A DNA stretch of 64,000 bases, taken from Escherichia coli O157 typing phage 7. Within the stretch, counting starts at the first letter, position 1. Each line of letters begins with the position of its first letter. This document shows, one piece after another, positions 27,939-37,255 of this stretch. The translations under genes were made by a program, and so were the position numbers. The notes under the pieces are model-generated. The model did no database searches. It was not told the DNA's origin and saw nothing but the letters and a program-made list of their open reading frames with translations. The DNA lies in sequence record KP869105; one strand, given 5' to 3'.

Positions 27939-29258
27939 TCACACATAAAATACGTCATAACGACCACGGGTAACACCAACATAAAGAAGTTGTTGAGCCA
28001 ATTCAGCATCTGCATAATGAATACAAGGCGTATAAATGAAAGCACGGTCTACAGACATACCCTGAGCTTTATGGAATGTTGATGCAGGAAGTGCTTTCAC
28101 TTTACTAAACTGTGATTTAGCATCCCAAAAATCACTCCACGGAGCTTTTCCGCCTTTGTTCCAATTTTTATAAGTTTCTGCCGTTTTACCTAAAAACAGG
28201 TTAAACTTATATAGCTCTTCATCAGATGAAATTATTTTAATCTTTTCACGATAATATTCATCATCGCCATAAGTTTCTACTGTTAAATCCCAATGACGAA
28301 TTAAGTATTCTCCAGGAACACCACGGGCTTTAACAAACGTTGATGTATACTCTGCTTCTATAATACGAACTAATTGTCCGTTATTAAAAATAATTTCTGA
28401 CACAGGCTTTCCATCAATTTTATATGTTTTAATTAATGGTTCCTGCATTACAATAATTTCACCTACAATAAAATCTTTATCAGTTTCAAAAATCTTTTTA
28501 CGAATAATGCTATTTAACTTGTCAACAGATTTATTCGTAAATGCCATTACGCGATTTTCAAACAAATCATCTAGAGATTTGACGATTGAAAAATAATTTA
28601 CCATAAAATCGCGTAAAGCGGTATCACCAGTAAATCCACGTACTCCATGCCCGTCAACAACTTTATCATAAATCCACTTACCGTTACGAACGTCAGTAGC
28701 TACATCAATAATAGGAGCATTACTGCGTTTAACTTCAGTGAGTTCACACTGATAAAAATCTTTGTGTGTAAAGAATGGACTGATATAAGCAGTATTTTCT
28801 CCTGGATCAACAGGTCTAATTTGCTTATTATCACCTATTCCAATTATAGTACACCAAGGTGGAATAGTTGAAAGCAGAATTTTAAATAGCTTTCTATCAT
28901 ACATTGACACTTCGTCGCAGATTAATACCCTGCATTTAGCTAAATCTGGTACTTCCTTCTGTTCAAAAAGAACGTTTTCTTCATACGTAACTGGGTTAAT
29001 TTTAAGAATACTGTGAATAGTACTCGCTTCTTTCCCCGACAGTTTTGAAAGAATCTTTTTAGCTGCATGTGTAGGAGCTGCCAAAATGATACCAGTTTCG
29101 CCTGTTGATATTAAAGCTTCAATGATGAACTTAGTAAGAGTAGTCTTACCAGTACCAGCAGGTCCATTAATAGTTACATGATGTTTCTTTTCTTTAATAG
29201 CCCTCATAACGATGTTAAAGGCATTTTTCTGGCCTTCTGTCAAATCATCAAATGTCAT
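27939..29258 (-). CDS. dda: Dda DNA helicase (SF1B)
   Basis: 439-aa ORF, identical length to T4 Dda; Walker A GPAGTGKTT; matches remembered Dda sequence. Confidence 0.95.
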   Translation of the reverse strand: MTFDDLTEGQKNAFNIVMRAIKEKKHHVTINGPAGTGKTTLTKFIIEALISTGETGIILAAPTHAAKKILSKLSGKEASTIHSILKINPVTYEENVLFEQKEVPDLAKCRVLICDEVSMYDRKLFKILLSTIPPWCTIIGIGDNKQIRPVDPGENTAYISPFFTHKDFYQCELTEVKRSNAPIIDVATDVRNGKWIYDKVVDGHGVRGFTGDTALRDFMVNYFSIVKSLDDLFENRVMAFTNKSVDKLNSIIRKKIFETDKDFIVGEIIVMQEPLIKTYKIDGKPVSEIIFNNGQLVRIIEAEYTSTFVKARGVPGEYLIRHWDLTVETYGDDEYYREKIKIISSDEELYKFNLFLGKTAETYKNWNKGGKAPWSDFWDAKSQFSKVKALPASTFHKAQGMSVDRAFIYTPCIHYADAELAQQLLYVGVTRGRYDVFYV

Positions 29259-29566
29259 CGGAAAGTCCCTGCAATTGGAATACTAACAATACGCCCAGTA
29301 TCTAGAATTCGTTGATATAATCTTTGTGTATCTACATCAGGCTTAACATGTTTAACTTCTATTTTATTAAACCAAAACTTGCGTGGAGTCTCAACTAGTC
29401 TTGGAATTCCCATACCTAAAGCTAGTTTATATTGGTCTTTAAGAGTAGTAAAAACTCTATCAGCAATCTCTCTTTCAAAAAACACAGCAGGACGATGTTC
29501 ATCAAGCGGAACTGGCGCCGTAAATCCGTCTTTGTCTCGGTAAACTATCGCATATACATAAACCAT
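29255..29566 (-). CDS. Hypothetical protein (dda.1-like)
   Basis: 103-aa ORF between srd and dda. Confidence 0.6.
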   Translation of the reverse strand: MVYVYAIVYRDKDGFTAPVPLDEHRPAVFFEREIADRVFTTLKDQYKLALGMGIPRLVETPRKFWFNKIEVKHVKPDVDTQRLYQRILDTGRIVSIPIAGTFR

Positions 29567-29567
29567 A

Positions 29568-30314
29568 TTATCCTCGGATAAGTTTAAAAATTGAACAATT
29601 CAGCGGATATCCTCTTTTCAGTTTAAGTTTATCAATAAAAGACAAGTTTTGATACCGCTCTACACCTTGAATAATTTTATCACACATATCATATTGCATT
29701 TCTGCTTCTGACAACTTTTTCACAGTTTTCCAATCCGAGCCTTTAAGAAGAACGTTCAATTTAACAACTTCAGCGCCTTCTGCTATACGAGAACCATCAA
29801 TACGAGCTTTAAGTGCTATAATTCTTAGCTTAATGTCAGATGTCTGTTTTGATTTAGAAAGCTGAGAAATGTGTTCAATTCGGTTTTCACGTTTTTTCTG
29901 TATAGCTTTAATTTGATTATAAGTCTTTTTGATTTTAGCCCATTTCTTTTCATCTAAATTTAGTTTATGAACTTTTTTCGCAGATGAACGACCAATTCGC
30001 AAAGCAAATAAATCACGCTTTTCAATCAACTCTTCTAAAGTATAATCAGAACGAAATGTATTATACTTTTTCTTTACTGCAATAACATTCCCTTTAATGT
30101 ATCCAATGTTATTATCAAAACGTTCTAATGATAATTTCTCTCCTTCAATACGATTATCAAAAGGTTCTCCCGAGTAAGCACAAACTTTTTGATCTAAAAT
30201 GTTCTTAATGTAATTGAAGTCTAAGTTAAAATCTTTAGAACGTCTTTTTGCAGATGCCTGAGTATGCTCTAAACGACGTTTAATTTTACGAATTTGGTTA
30301 TTAGACAGTTTCAT
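29568..30314 (-). CDS. srd: Srd (sigma-70-like, decoy of sigma factors)
   Basis: 248-aa basic ORF at T4 srd position (between dda and modA); T4 Srd about 250 aa. Confidence 0.7.
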   Translation of the reverse strand: MKLSNNQIRKIKRRLEHTQASAKRRSKDFNLDFNYIKNILDQKVCAYSGEPFDNRIEGEKLSLERFDNNIGYIKGNVIAVKKKYNTFRSDYTLEELIEKRDLFALRIGRSSAKKVHKLNLDEKKWAKIKKTYNQIKAIQKKRENRIEHISQLSKSKQTSDIKLRIIALKARIDGSRIAEGAEVVKLNVLLKGSDWKTVKKLSEAEMQYDMCDKIIQGVERYQNLSFIDKLKLKRGYPLNCSIFKLIRG

Positions 30315-30344
30315 ATTTTTCTCACGGACGGTTAACTTACTTAT

Positions 30345-30374
30345 ACTATATCATTTTTACTTCAGCTTGTAAAC
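30345..30374 (-). promoter_or_regulatory. T4-type early promoter upstream of srd
   Basis: Minus strand GTTTAC-N18-TATAGT. Confidence 0.55.
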
Positions 30375-30430
30375 AACTTTATGTAAAATGCTTTAAAACT
30401 TTCGTGGTATAATGAATCTAAGTCCTTCCA

Positions 30431-31033
30431 TTATAGATTAAATCCTTCAAAATCAAGAGTATAGATAGTGTATGTTGAATACTTTTTATACTCATATCTA
30501 TCTGCAATTCTAAATACACTTCCAGCTGGTATCATTACTTCTTGTTCATCTGAAACTAATTCCATATTACGATAACGATGGCTATCCGGAAACTTAAAGT
30601 TTGGATTGTATTCTTTACAGCGTAGAGCTTTTATAGCATACTCCTGGAAATTGAATACCATAGGAGCTTTGAATTCAAAAATAACCTGTGTGTTATACTC
30701 TAAACCGGAAGCAAAATGTAGAGCTATATTTTTATCATATGAAGCTGATACGACTTTATCAAATGTAATAATATCAATTCCTTGATTTAACACCTGCTTA
30801 GTCTCAGCTGGAACACCTCTCCAAAGAGGTTTATCGTTTGGAACCAAACGAGATTTGATTATTTCATTTAACCAAGTATGGTCATCTGGCTTATTGGTAA
30901 TACAATGAATTAAAAGTTCAATTTCAGATAAATTAAACCCTTCAGAAAGCAATTCTTCACGAATAGAAGCACGCACCGATGCATCCATTGATTTTATTTT
31001 AAAATCTTTTAGTTGCATTACTGAGTATTTCAT
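30431..31033 (-). CDS. modA: ADP-ribosyltransferase ModA
   Basis: 200-aa ORF (T4 ModA 200 aa) with R...S-x-S...E-x-E arrangement (LWRG, SASY, EQEVMIP). Confidence 0.8.
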   Translation of the reverse strand: MKYSVMQLKDFKIKSMDASVRASIREELLSEGFNLSEIELLIHCITNKPDDHTWLNEIIKSRLVPNDKPLWRGVPAETKQVLNQGIDIITFDKVVSASYDKNIALHFASGLEYNTQVIFEFKAPMVFNFQEYAIKALRCKEYNPNFKFPDSHRYRNMELVSDEQEVMIPAGSVFRIADRYEYKKYSTYTIYTLDFEGFNL

Positions 31034-31653
31034 TCAACTACCTCAATATCATAAACTTTAAATGTTCCAAATGAATCGTGTAATTTTTCTTTTGAAATAG
31101 AAGTTATTCTATACTTTCTAATTGGAATCATCCATTCTTGTTCATGTACAATCATCATTAAGTTATCAGTTCTTTCTGAATCTAACCCATCAGTATCTTC
31201 ATACGTGTACTTAAACTCAGTATTAGGAGAAGAAAGTATAATATCGCTGATATGGTCAGAATAATTAAAAGCTTTATCAGTTTTTAAACGAAGTATTGTT
31301 TCAGTGAAATATTCAGCATAAGAAAAAGAACACGCTGTATGCAAACTAGTAGTAAATGAATCTACCCTGTTCGTTGAAAACACTTCTCCAACTTGTAAAT
31401 CTTTAATAAGTTCTTTTGTCGATTTTGATATACCACGATATAGCTGATAAGGTGATTTAGTTAAATGCTTTTTAACGATTTTATTCAACTGCCGATGAAG
31501 AGCTTCATTCTTTTTGGCTTCCATACATTGCCAAAGAACAGACTGCTCAAAGTCAGTAAATTTTTCACAGACCTTTTTATACATATCATATTGAAAATCA
31601 ACGTTTTCAGCTTTTATAGATAACTGTTCAACATCTGCAGGATTAATAATCAT
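31030..31653 (-). CDS. modB: ADP-ribosyltransferase ModB
   Basis: 207-aa ORF (T4 ModB 207 aa) with YRG, STN, EQEW motifs. Confidence 0.8.
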   Translation of the reverse strand: MIINPADVEQLSIKAENVDFQYDMYKKVCEKFTDFEQSVLWQCMEAKKNEALHRQLNKIVKKHLTKSPYQLYRGISKSTKELIKDLQVGEVFSTNRVDSFTTSLHTACSFSYAEYFTETILRLKTDKAFNYSDHISDIILSSPNTEFKYTYEDTDGLDSERTDNLMMIVHEQEWMIPIRKYRITSISKEKLHDSFGTFKVYDIEVVE

Positions 31654-31679
31654 GATAGCCTCCGTATACTTCAGAAGCT

Positions 31680-31709
31680 ATCATATCATCGTTAGAAAGG
31701 AAAGTAAAC
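31680..31709 (-). promoter_or_regulatory. T4-type early promoter upstream of modB
   Basis: Minus strand GTTTAC-N18-TATGAT then GGAGG RBS and modB ATG. Confidence 0.55.
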
Positions 31710-31720
31710 AACTTTTTGAA

Positions 31721-31903
31721 TTATTTTGCCCAGGGAGCCCAAGGCGGAGGGTCAAGATGGTATGAAGCTAGTTCTTCTAGAAGAGCATCTGGGGCTTCAA
31801 TTCCATAATTCTGTAATACTATACGGTACTCTTTCTTATAATCACTAGAATCATTCTGGATATTCGTAGAATGATTATCTTCTAACATCTCAAATAAATC
31901 CAT
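31721..31903 (-). CDS. Hypothetical protein (60 aa)
   Basis: ORF in track. Confidence 0.45.
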   Translation of the reverse strand: MDLFEMLEDNHSTNIQNDSSDYKKEYRIVLQNYGIEAPDALLEELASYHLDPPPWAPWAK

Positions 31904-31911
31904 ACTAATTC

Positions 31912-32382
31912 CTAGCGATAAAAACCAAATTGACGATTAGCTTCAATAATCTTTCTTTCTTCTTCGGACATTCTCCAGCGTAGTCCAACATCAAAATGAG
32001 CCCAGACCATCTTAACAAATGCATTTATATCTTTAATATCTTCAATAATGAATGTTTTACTTTTAAAAGGCTGACTCGCTAATTTAACTTTATCATCTTC
32101 AAACAGGTCAAAAAGACCATATTCATGAGCTCTTTTATAGCCTTTAATAGTTAAAGCTTCAGAAGAAGAAAACGGTGAATCAGTATTCTGCAAAATATCT
32201 TCAGTATGCTTTATAATTAGAATAACATTTTCTGGATATTTTCTTTCTTTTATATCTTTAATTAAAAAATCCGGATTTTCTGCTAAAGGAATAATCAATG
32301 AGCATTTTTTATCAAGTGTATTTACTGATTTACCTTCTTTGGACATAAATTCTATTGAATAATGTTTTGCTACTTCAATCAT
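31912..32382 (-). CDS. Hypothetical protein (156 aa)
   Basis: ORF in track. Confidence 0.55.
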   Translation of the reverse strand: MIEVAKHYSIEFMSKEGKSVNTLDKKCSLIIPLAENPDFLIKDIKERKYPENVILIIKHTEDILQNTDSPFSSSEALTIKGYKRAHEYGLFDLFEDDKVKLASQPFKSKTFIIEDIKDINAFVKMVWAHFDVGLRWRMSEEERKIIEANRQFGFYR

Positions 32383-32535
32383 GTGATTTCCTTTTGCCTA
32401 CTAATGGACCGTCAGGAATTTTATTTTCCTGGATATATTTCTCATTTTCTTCCATCATTTTACTGCCAATTTTAAGAAGCAAATCCATTGCTTCATTTGC
32501 TTTAGCCTTTGCCTCTTCTAACGTCATATCTTTGG

Positions 32536-32739
32536 TCATGATTTATCACCATAGATGTCTCTCATCAATTTAAGCGCTGAGCGTTCTAATTTCTTTTCTT
32601 TCTCAGCACTAATCATTGATTTCATCCATTCTTCTGACTCGTTCTGCATTTCTTTATTTGCTTGTTCAACCCAACCATCATCAATATACATTGAGTTTGG
32701 TCTATTGAACCATTCAAGCATTTTCTTCAGAACTTTCAT
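32536..32739 (-). CDS. Hypothetical protein (67 aa; T4 srh-like by position)
   Basis: ORF in track in modB-soc interval. Confidence 0.5.
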   Translation of the reverse strand: MKVLKKMLEWFNRPNSMYIDDGWVEQANKEMQNESEEWMKSMISAEKEKKLERSALKLMRDIYGDKS

Positions 32740-33211
32740 TTGTTTTACCTAAAACAATAGTATGGACACCGTCAAATTCATGAATTTTTAGCAAATTTGG
32801 ATTTAAATTATTCCATAAAGAGGTAATAAAATATGATAGCGCACTTTCGTCCGTAATTATAAATTTATTTCCTTTATCTATTTTCCAATCATATATTGAA
32901 TCATATGAATAGAAGGATAACGGTTTATTATTATAATATGCTTCAGCAACATCAATATAGTTAGATTTAGTAAATGCTTGAATTGCCATAAATGGAGAAT
33001 TTTGTACAGTTTCAATAATTCCGATCTTTTTAAGTTTTATTTCAACATCTTCTGGAACTGGCATTGAAATAAAATCTTCTACTAGATACATGTCATTGTC
33101 ATATCTTTTATCAATCATTACTGCTACTGTAATTGGAACATCCTTGACAAACGCCATACTAATACTATTGATAGACATTTCAAACAAAATTGCTTCCATA
33201 ATTTTCCTCAA
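32714..33211 (-). CDS. Hypothetical protein (165 aa; T4 mrh-like by position and size)
   Basis: ORF in track. Confidence 0.5.
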   Translation of the reverse strand: MRKIMEAILFEMSINSISMAFVKDVPITVAVMIDKRYDNDMYLVEDFISMPVPEDVEIKLKKIGIIETVQNSPFMAIQAFTKSNYIDVAEAYYNNKPLSFYSYDSIYDWKIDKGNKFIITDESALSYFITSLWNNLNPNLLKIHEFDGVHTIVLGKTNESSEENA

Positions 33212-33549
33212 TCACAAGATGTAGATGAACAACTAGAATCACAAGAACTTCCACATGAATCGCCCGTCCATACATGAACAGGAACATTAGTATCATATGA
33301 ATCAGAACTAGACTGTGTATTCTGTGCATTAGATGATGTAGTAGGTACTGACCAGCGCCAAGGATTTTTATAATATTCTTGGGCTTCTTCATAAGTCATA
33401 GTAACTGCTTCTACTGTTCCATCTCCCATATAAACATACTCAACTACAGTTAAAGGAAGATAGTCATTTGAAATAGGAACTACACCTTCCCCCGGAGTTG
33501 TAGAGAAAAAATCTGTAAAGAAATTTTTAAACCAATTAAAGATAAACAT
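33208..33549 (-). CDS. Hypothetical protein with Cys/Ser-rich C-terminal tail
   Basis: 113-aa ORF ending [18 protein letters not shown]. Confidence 0.55.
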   Translation of the reverse strand: MFIFNWFKNFFTDFFSTTPGEGVVPISNDYLPLTVVEYVYMGDGTVEAVTMTYEEAQEYYKNPWRWSVPTTSSNAQNTQSSSDSYDTNVPVHVWTGDSCGSSCDSSCSSTSCD

Positions 33550-33755
33550 TACAAAAAGCCTCTTTTGAATTCGACTTGCTTCTCGCCATAATCATATCGA
33601 ATCTCTGCATTAAATTCGACAGAACCATCTGCGTACATCATAAATGAATGCACAACAACTTCTGTGGACCATGGCTGCAGTTCATATTTCTTCATTACAT
33701 GCCGTGAAATGATAATATCTAAATCTTCATTTGGTTTAATCCAACGATTTAACAT
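33549..33755 (-). CDS. Hypothetical protein (68 aa)
   Basis: ORF in track downstream of early promoter 33782-33811. Confidence 0.55.
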   Translation of the reverse strand: MLNRWIKPNEDLDIIISRHVMKKYELQPWSTEVVVHSFMMYADGSVEFNAEIRYDYGEKQVEFKRGFL

Positions 33756-33781
33756 AGTGCTCTCCTCTATAAGATAATTTT

Positions 33782-33811
33782 ATTATACCATACTCATTTT
33801 GGAAAGTAAAC
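33782..33811 (-). promoter_or_regulatory. T4-type early promoter
   Basis: Minus strand GTTTAC-N18-TATAAT. Confidence 0.55.
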
Positions 33812-33826
33812 CGGTAAAATGAAAAA

Positions 33827-33848
33827 AGGACTCCCTAGGGAGTCCTTG
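33827..33848 (-). terminator. Perfect 22-bp palindrome AAGGACTCCCTAGGGAGTCCTT downstream of soc
   Basis: 10-bp stem hairpin preceded by A-run and followed by T-rich tract; can act on either strand. Confidence 0.55.
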
Positions 33849-33853
33849 AATTA

Positions 33854-34090
33854 TTAACCACCTATTTCTGTAGGCGTAAACATTGCAGCATTCTTAGTTT
33901 TCCAAGTTGCTGCATCGGAAACTACATCAGAATAAGCTGCTTTTTCTGACGGAAAGATTTGATAATGAGAATCTGCAATACGATGCTCGTTAGAATAGAT
34001 TTCAAACGGAACAGAAACTTCCATACCTTTAACTTCTTTGCCTTCACCTGCTGGATGAGTAAAGGTCTTGATGTTAACGAAACCACCCAT
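33854..34090 (-). CDS. soc: Small outer capsid protein Soc
   Basis: 78-aa ORF with VNIKTF...HYQIFPSEKAAYS motifs resembling T4 Soc (80 aa); late promoter upstream. Confidence 0.8.
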   Translation of the reverse strand: MGGFVNIKTFTHPAGEGKEVKGMEVSVPFEIYSNEHRIADSHYQIFPSEKAAYSDVVSDAATWKTKNAAMFTPTEIGG

Positions 34091-34121
34091 AATAAACTCC
34101 TTTATTGTTTAATTACAGGTG

Positions 34122-34129
34122 TATTTATA
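34122..34129 (-). promoter_or_regulatory. Late promoter TATAAATA (minus strand) upstream of soc
   Basis: Plus-strand TATTTATA about 32 nt upstream of soc ATG. Confidence 0.55.
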
Positions 34130-34271
34130 ACTTACAATTTAGCGGCTTTCCAGAGTTGTTCAATAATCTCTTGGTCTATTTCTTTAGTTATTTCATTACG
34201 TAATAAAGCAATAAGGGCTTTCGCCCTTTTCTTATTCAACTTTTTGAGTTGACGTTTATTTAAACGAGACA

Positions 34272-34790
34272 TTAATAACCTCGGTCCTGACGAGCAAAGT
34301 TCTCGGCATTTTTCAGATAATAAAGTTTAAAGATTTCTTCTGCTGTAAGACCAAGACCTTGGAACATGTTCAGAACGAAATGGAGAATATCAATCATTTC
34401 AAACTTAATTTCCAGTTGGTCTTGTGGAGACAAATCAGTAATCAGAGTTTCACGACGTTCACCATGCTGCGACTTCCAAGGTTTCCATACAGCAGATGCG
34501 TCTTTTTCACCATTACTCATACCACCAAGAGAAGTCAGAAGTTCACGGAATTCATCATCAATATAATCTTTCTGATTACGCAGCCAATCAACAACTTCAC
34601 CTGCAGTAGCCAAATCATCAGGATGACGGTTATATTCAGGTTTATCTTTAGCTAAACGAACCTGTAAAGATTTCTGCATATCAAGCATAACTTGCAGCGG
34701 GTCTTTTTCATCACCGAGAATATCCCAATATTCATTTTGAGCTTTATCAGCGCCTTCAATCAGTTGTGAACATTCGTTAAAGTAAGCCAT
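34272..34790 (-). CDS. 56: dCTPase/dCDPase gp56
   Basis: ORF track 203 aa trimmed to ATG 34790 (MAYFNECSQ...) with AAAGGAAAAATA RBS giving about 172 aa (T4 gp56 171 aa). Confidence 0.8.
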   Translation of the reverse strand: MAYFNECSQLIEGADKAQNEYWDILGDEKDPLQVMLDMQKSLQVRLAKDKPEYNRHPDDLATAGEVVDWLRNQKDYIDDEFRELLTSLGGMSNGEKDASAVWKPWKSQHGERRETLITDLSPQDQLEIKFEMIDILHFVLNMFQGLGLTAEEIFKLYYLKNAENFARQDRGY

Positions 34791-34861
34791 TATTTTTCCT
34801 TTCAATTCATGGGTTAGTAGATTAATTATACAATAAATATATAAAGCAATAAGGAGGACAT

Positions 34862-35062
34862 ATGGTACAAAAATTAATGGCACTTGTTAATGCCATCAAA
34901 GGTAATAAGAAACGTATAGCTTTTACTATTTCTGCTATGGTAGGAATTTTACTCTGGAACTTTATTTTATCACCAATTGCAATTGCACATGGTGTTAATA
35001 TTCCAGTAGTTACTCTTGATACATTTGTAGATTTAGCATTTGCTTTAGTTGGGTTAATTTAA
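34862..35062 (+). CDS. Small membrane protein on plus strand between genes 56 and 61
   Basis: 66-aa ORF with strong AAGGAGGA RBS 5 nt upstream, two hydrophobic segments; late-promoter-like AATAAATA at 34832-34839; stop overlaps gene 61 stop convergently. Confidence 0.55.
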   Translation: MVQKLMALVNAIKGNKKRIAFTISAMVGILLWNFILSPIAIAHGVNIPVVTLDTFVDLAFALVGLI

Positions 35063-36087
35063 ATCTTAGCATATTTAGATAACCGCATTTTAGCCATCAA
35101 CCCCTGGGCAATATTATTTTTCATATATTCCATAATTTGTTCAGGGGTTGCACCTTCCTTTCTAATCATATCATTAACATCTTTTGATTTCCAGGGAGAT
35201 TTATCCCAAAACATAACCCTTTCTCCTGCATCAACTAATTTAGTCATTCGTTTGATAGTGTCAGGGTGACGAGGTTCATTATCTAAAACCCACACTCGTC
35301 TATCTTTAAATGGAACAATTTCTAGGTCTAATTGACCGCCAGTAATGGCTATACCATTTTCAATAAAAAGTGAATCTATAGGTCCTTCTAGAACATATAC
35401 ATCGCCATCTTTAACTCGTTCGACTCCATATATTTTTGTTGCCTCAGGATAAGCTTTAATGGTGATATATTTTTGAGGAGCATCTTTCTTTAATGCACGT
35501 CCTTGAAAAGACTCAGCTTTTCCATTAGCATTATAAATTGGAATAACAAGACGAGGCTCAGAAATTTCCTTTTTATATGTTCCTGGTGCTATGCTATTAA
35601 CTAATTTAGGCCATTCAGTTGTAAACCAAAGATATTTCCATTTATCCTTTGGAATACAACGAGCTTTTACGTATTTTATAATTGGATGGTCTTCCGCCAG
35701 TTTATCTAATCTAACACATGACGGAAGAGATTTAATTATTTTCTTCTCAGGTTGTTTAGGAAGTTCTTTAGGTTTTTCTACTGGACGACTTTTACCTTTT
35801 TCTTTTCTTATTTCAAAGATATACTCACGATATAAATCAGGTTCAAACTCCTTTAAATATATTCCGATTGGTGCATGATAGTTACAGTTATAACAATGAA
35901 TATTTCCTTCATTATTATCACCATAATACCATCCACGAGCTTTATTCTGGTCGGTTTTTGAATCTCCACAAACAGGGCATCTAAACCGTAATTTAAAAGT
36001 TGAACTATTATTTACTTGTGTGAATTTAGGTAAATGAGCTAATGCACGGTATGCAAACTCATTATCAATCCAAGGTATTGATGACAT
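35059..36087 (-). CDS. 61: DNA primase gp61
   Basis: 342-aa ORF, identical length to T4 gp61; N-terminal zinc ribbon CPVCGDS...CYNCNYH and TOPRIM core. Confidence 0.95.
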   Translation of the reverse strand: MSSIPWIDNEFAYRALAHLPKFTQVNNSSTFKLRFRCPVCGDSKTDQNKARGWYYGDNNEGNIHCYNCNYHAPIGIYLKEFEPDLYREYIFEIRKEKGKSRPVEKPKELPKQPEKKIIKSLPSCVRLDKLAEDHPIIKYVKARCIPKDKWKYLWFTTEWPKLVNSIAPGTYKKEISEPRLVIPIYNANGKAESFQGRALKKDAPQKYITIKAYPEATKIYGVERVKDGDVYVLEGPIDSLFIENGIAITGGQLDLEIVPFKDRRVWVLDNEPRHPDTIKRMTKLVDAGERVMFWDKSPWKSKDVNDMIRKEGATPEQIMEYMKNNIAQGLMAKMRLSKYAKI

Positions 36088-36089
36088 TT

Positions 36090-36254
36090 TTACTCTTCTT
36101 TTTCTTTAGATTCCTCTTTTTTCTTTTTAGGAATCTGTTCAGGACCTTTATTTACTACAGCGCCTGATGTTGTTCCAGTAGAGATATTTTCAGGATTACC
36201 ACCTGAATCTCCAGCGACCATATCTTCTTTGATAAATTCTTTATATGTTTTCAT
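36090..36254 (-). CDS. Small charged ORF (54 aa) immediately upstream of gene 61
   Basis: Manually translated MKTYKEFIKEDMVAGDSGGNPENISTGTTSGAVVNKGPEQIPKKKKEESKEKEE; below ORF-track cutoff. Confidence 0.4.
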   Translation of the reverse strand: MKTYKEFIKEDMVAGDSGGNPENISTGTTSGAVVNKGPEQIPKKKKEESKEKEE

Positions 36255-36300
36255 ATTAACCTCTATTCATAAAAGCATTAAAAATTTGGTCATCAATAGA
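36252..36300. repeat. 49-bp direct repeat copy A (3' end of ORF 36256-36612)
   Basis: 46/49 identical to 36610-36658. Confidence 0.85.
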
Positions 36301-36612
36301 TGGAATAGCAACCTTTTCGGCATCATTTAGCAAATCATTAATTTCATCAGATAACATAACATATGTGCCTTTATTTCCTGTAATTGTTACTGCACAATTA
36401 CGAACGTTTTCTTTATCAAATTTTAGGTTAATATTTTCGTAGTGAAAATCCTTTAATGCCGAATATATCTTTAAAATGAAATTGTCTTTTACTACAATAA
36501 ACCCAACCTCACTATTAAAACATGGTTCATGGAAACTGTAATAAACCTTTTCATCTATAAAATCGTATGAAATTTTTTCCATTTTTAAATATGAAAATTC
36601 AGAACTATACAT
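36256..36612 (-). CDS. Hypothetical protein, one-domain member of a paralog pair (C-terminus PSIDDQIFNAFMNRG)
   Basis: 118-aa ORF; shares FIVVKDN motif and near-identical C-terminal 14 residues with ORF 36614-37255. Confidence 0.6.
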   Translation of the reverse strand: MYSSEFSYLKMEKISYDFIDEKVYYSFHEPCFNSEVGFIVVKDNFILKIYSALKDFHYENINLKFDKENVRNCAVTITGNKGTYVMLSDEINDLLNDAEKVAIPSIDDQIFNAFMNRG

Positions 36613-36658
36613 ATTAACCTTTATTCATAAAAGCATTAAAAATTTGATCGTCAATAGA
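36610..36658. repeat. 49-bp direct repeat copy B (3' end of ORF 36614-37255)
   Basis: 46/49 identical to 36252-36300. Confidence 0.85.
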
Positions 36659-37255
36659 AACATTTACTTTAGACTGTTCTTCAAACGGTAATTCATATCC
36701 ACATATTACAATTTTGTGATCGATACCAAAATACACAGAAGCAATATGATTAATATTATTTTCAGTGAAATCTAAATCAACATCAATATCTTTTTGACTA
36801 ACGCTCAAAGGATAATTAATACGAATAATTCGATTATCTTTAACAAAGATTCCACCGACATACTCTGTGTTGCGTTTAAAGTTTACACGTTTCCTAAATG
36901 AAAAATATTCAGGTTCTTTATGAGCCCGACTCATAGGACACAATGAGTAGCTAGAATAAGAGATGTCAAATCCTACACCTTCAATATGAGCCAACGTGTC
37001 ATGATTAAACCAATTATAATCATATGCCAAATCCATTATATTGTAATATGTGAAAGGCACCGGATTAACATCATGTGTTGTACCTTTAAAATCTGCCCAG
37101 GCAACGATTTCGTTATCTTTAACAATTACAAAAATTGTGCCAATAAGATATCCACGGTTATTTTCATCAGGCGTTATATTATAACATTGCGCATCAGGAA
37201 ATTTACCGTATTTAAACGGTGGATTTTTGTGCATATAATAAATCATATTATTCAC
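36614..37255 (-). CDS. Hypothetical protein, two-domain member of a paralog pair (C-terminus SIDDQIFNAFMNKG)
   Basis: 213-aa ORF with two (I/F)xVKDN(E/R)I motifs. Confidence 0.6.
   Translation of the reverse strand: MNNMIYYMHKNPPFKYGKFPDAQCYNITPDENNRGYLIGTIFVIVKDNEIVAWADFKGTTHDVNPVPFTYYNIMDLAYDYNWFNHDTLAHIEGVGFDISYSSYSLCPMSRAHKEPEYFSFRKRVNFKRNTEYVGGIFVKDNRIIRINYPLSVSQKDIDVDLDFTENNINHIASVYFGIDHKIVICGYELPFEEQSKVNVSIDDQIFNAFMNKG

Noticed and set aside
30400-30415. TATAAT hexamer on the plus strand near 30408
   Set aside because: No plus-strand gene downstream; the functional element is the minus-strand early promoter at 30345-30374 driving srd.
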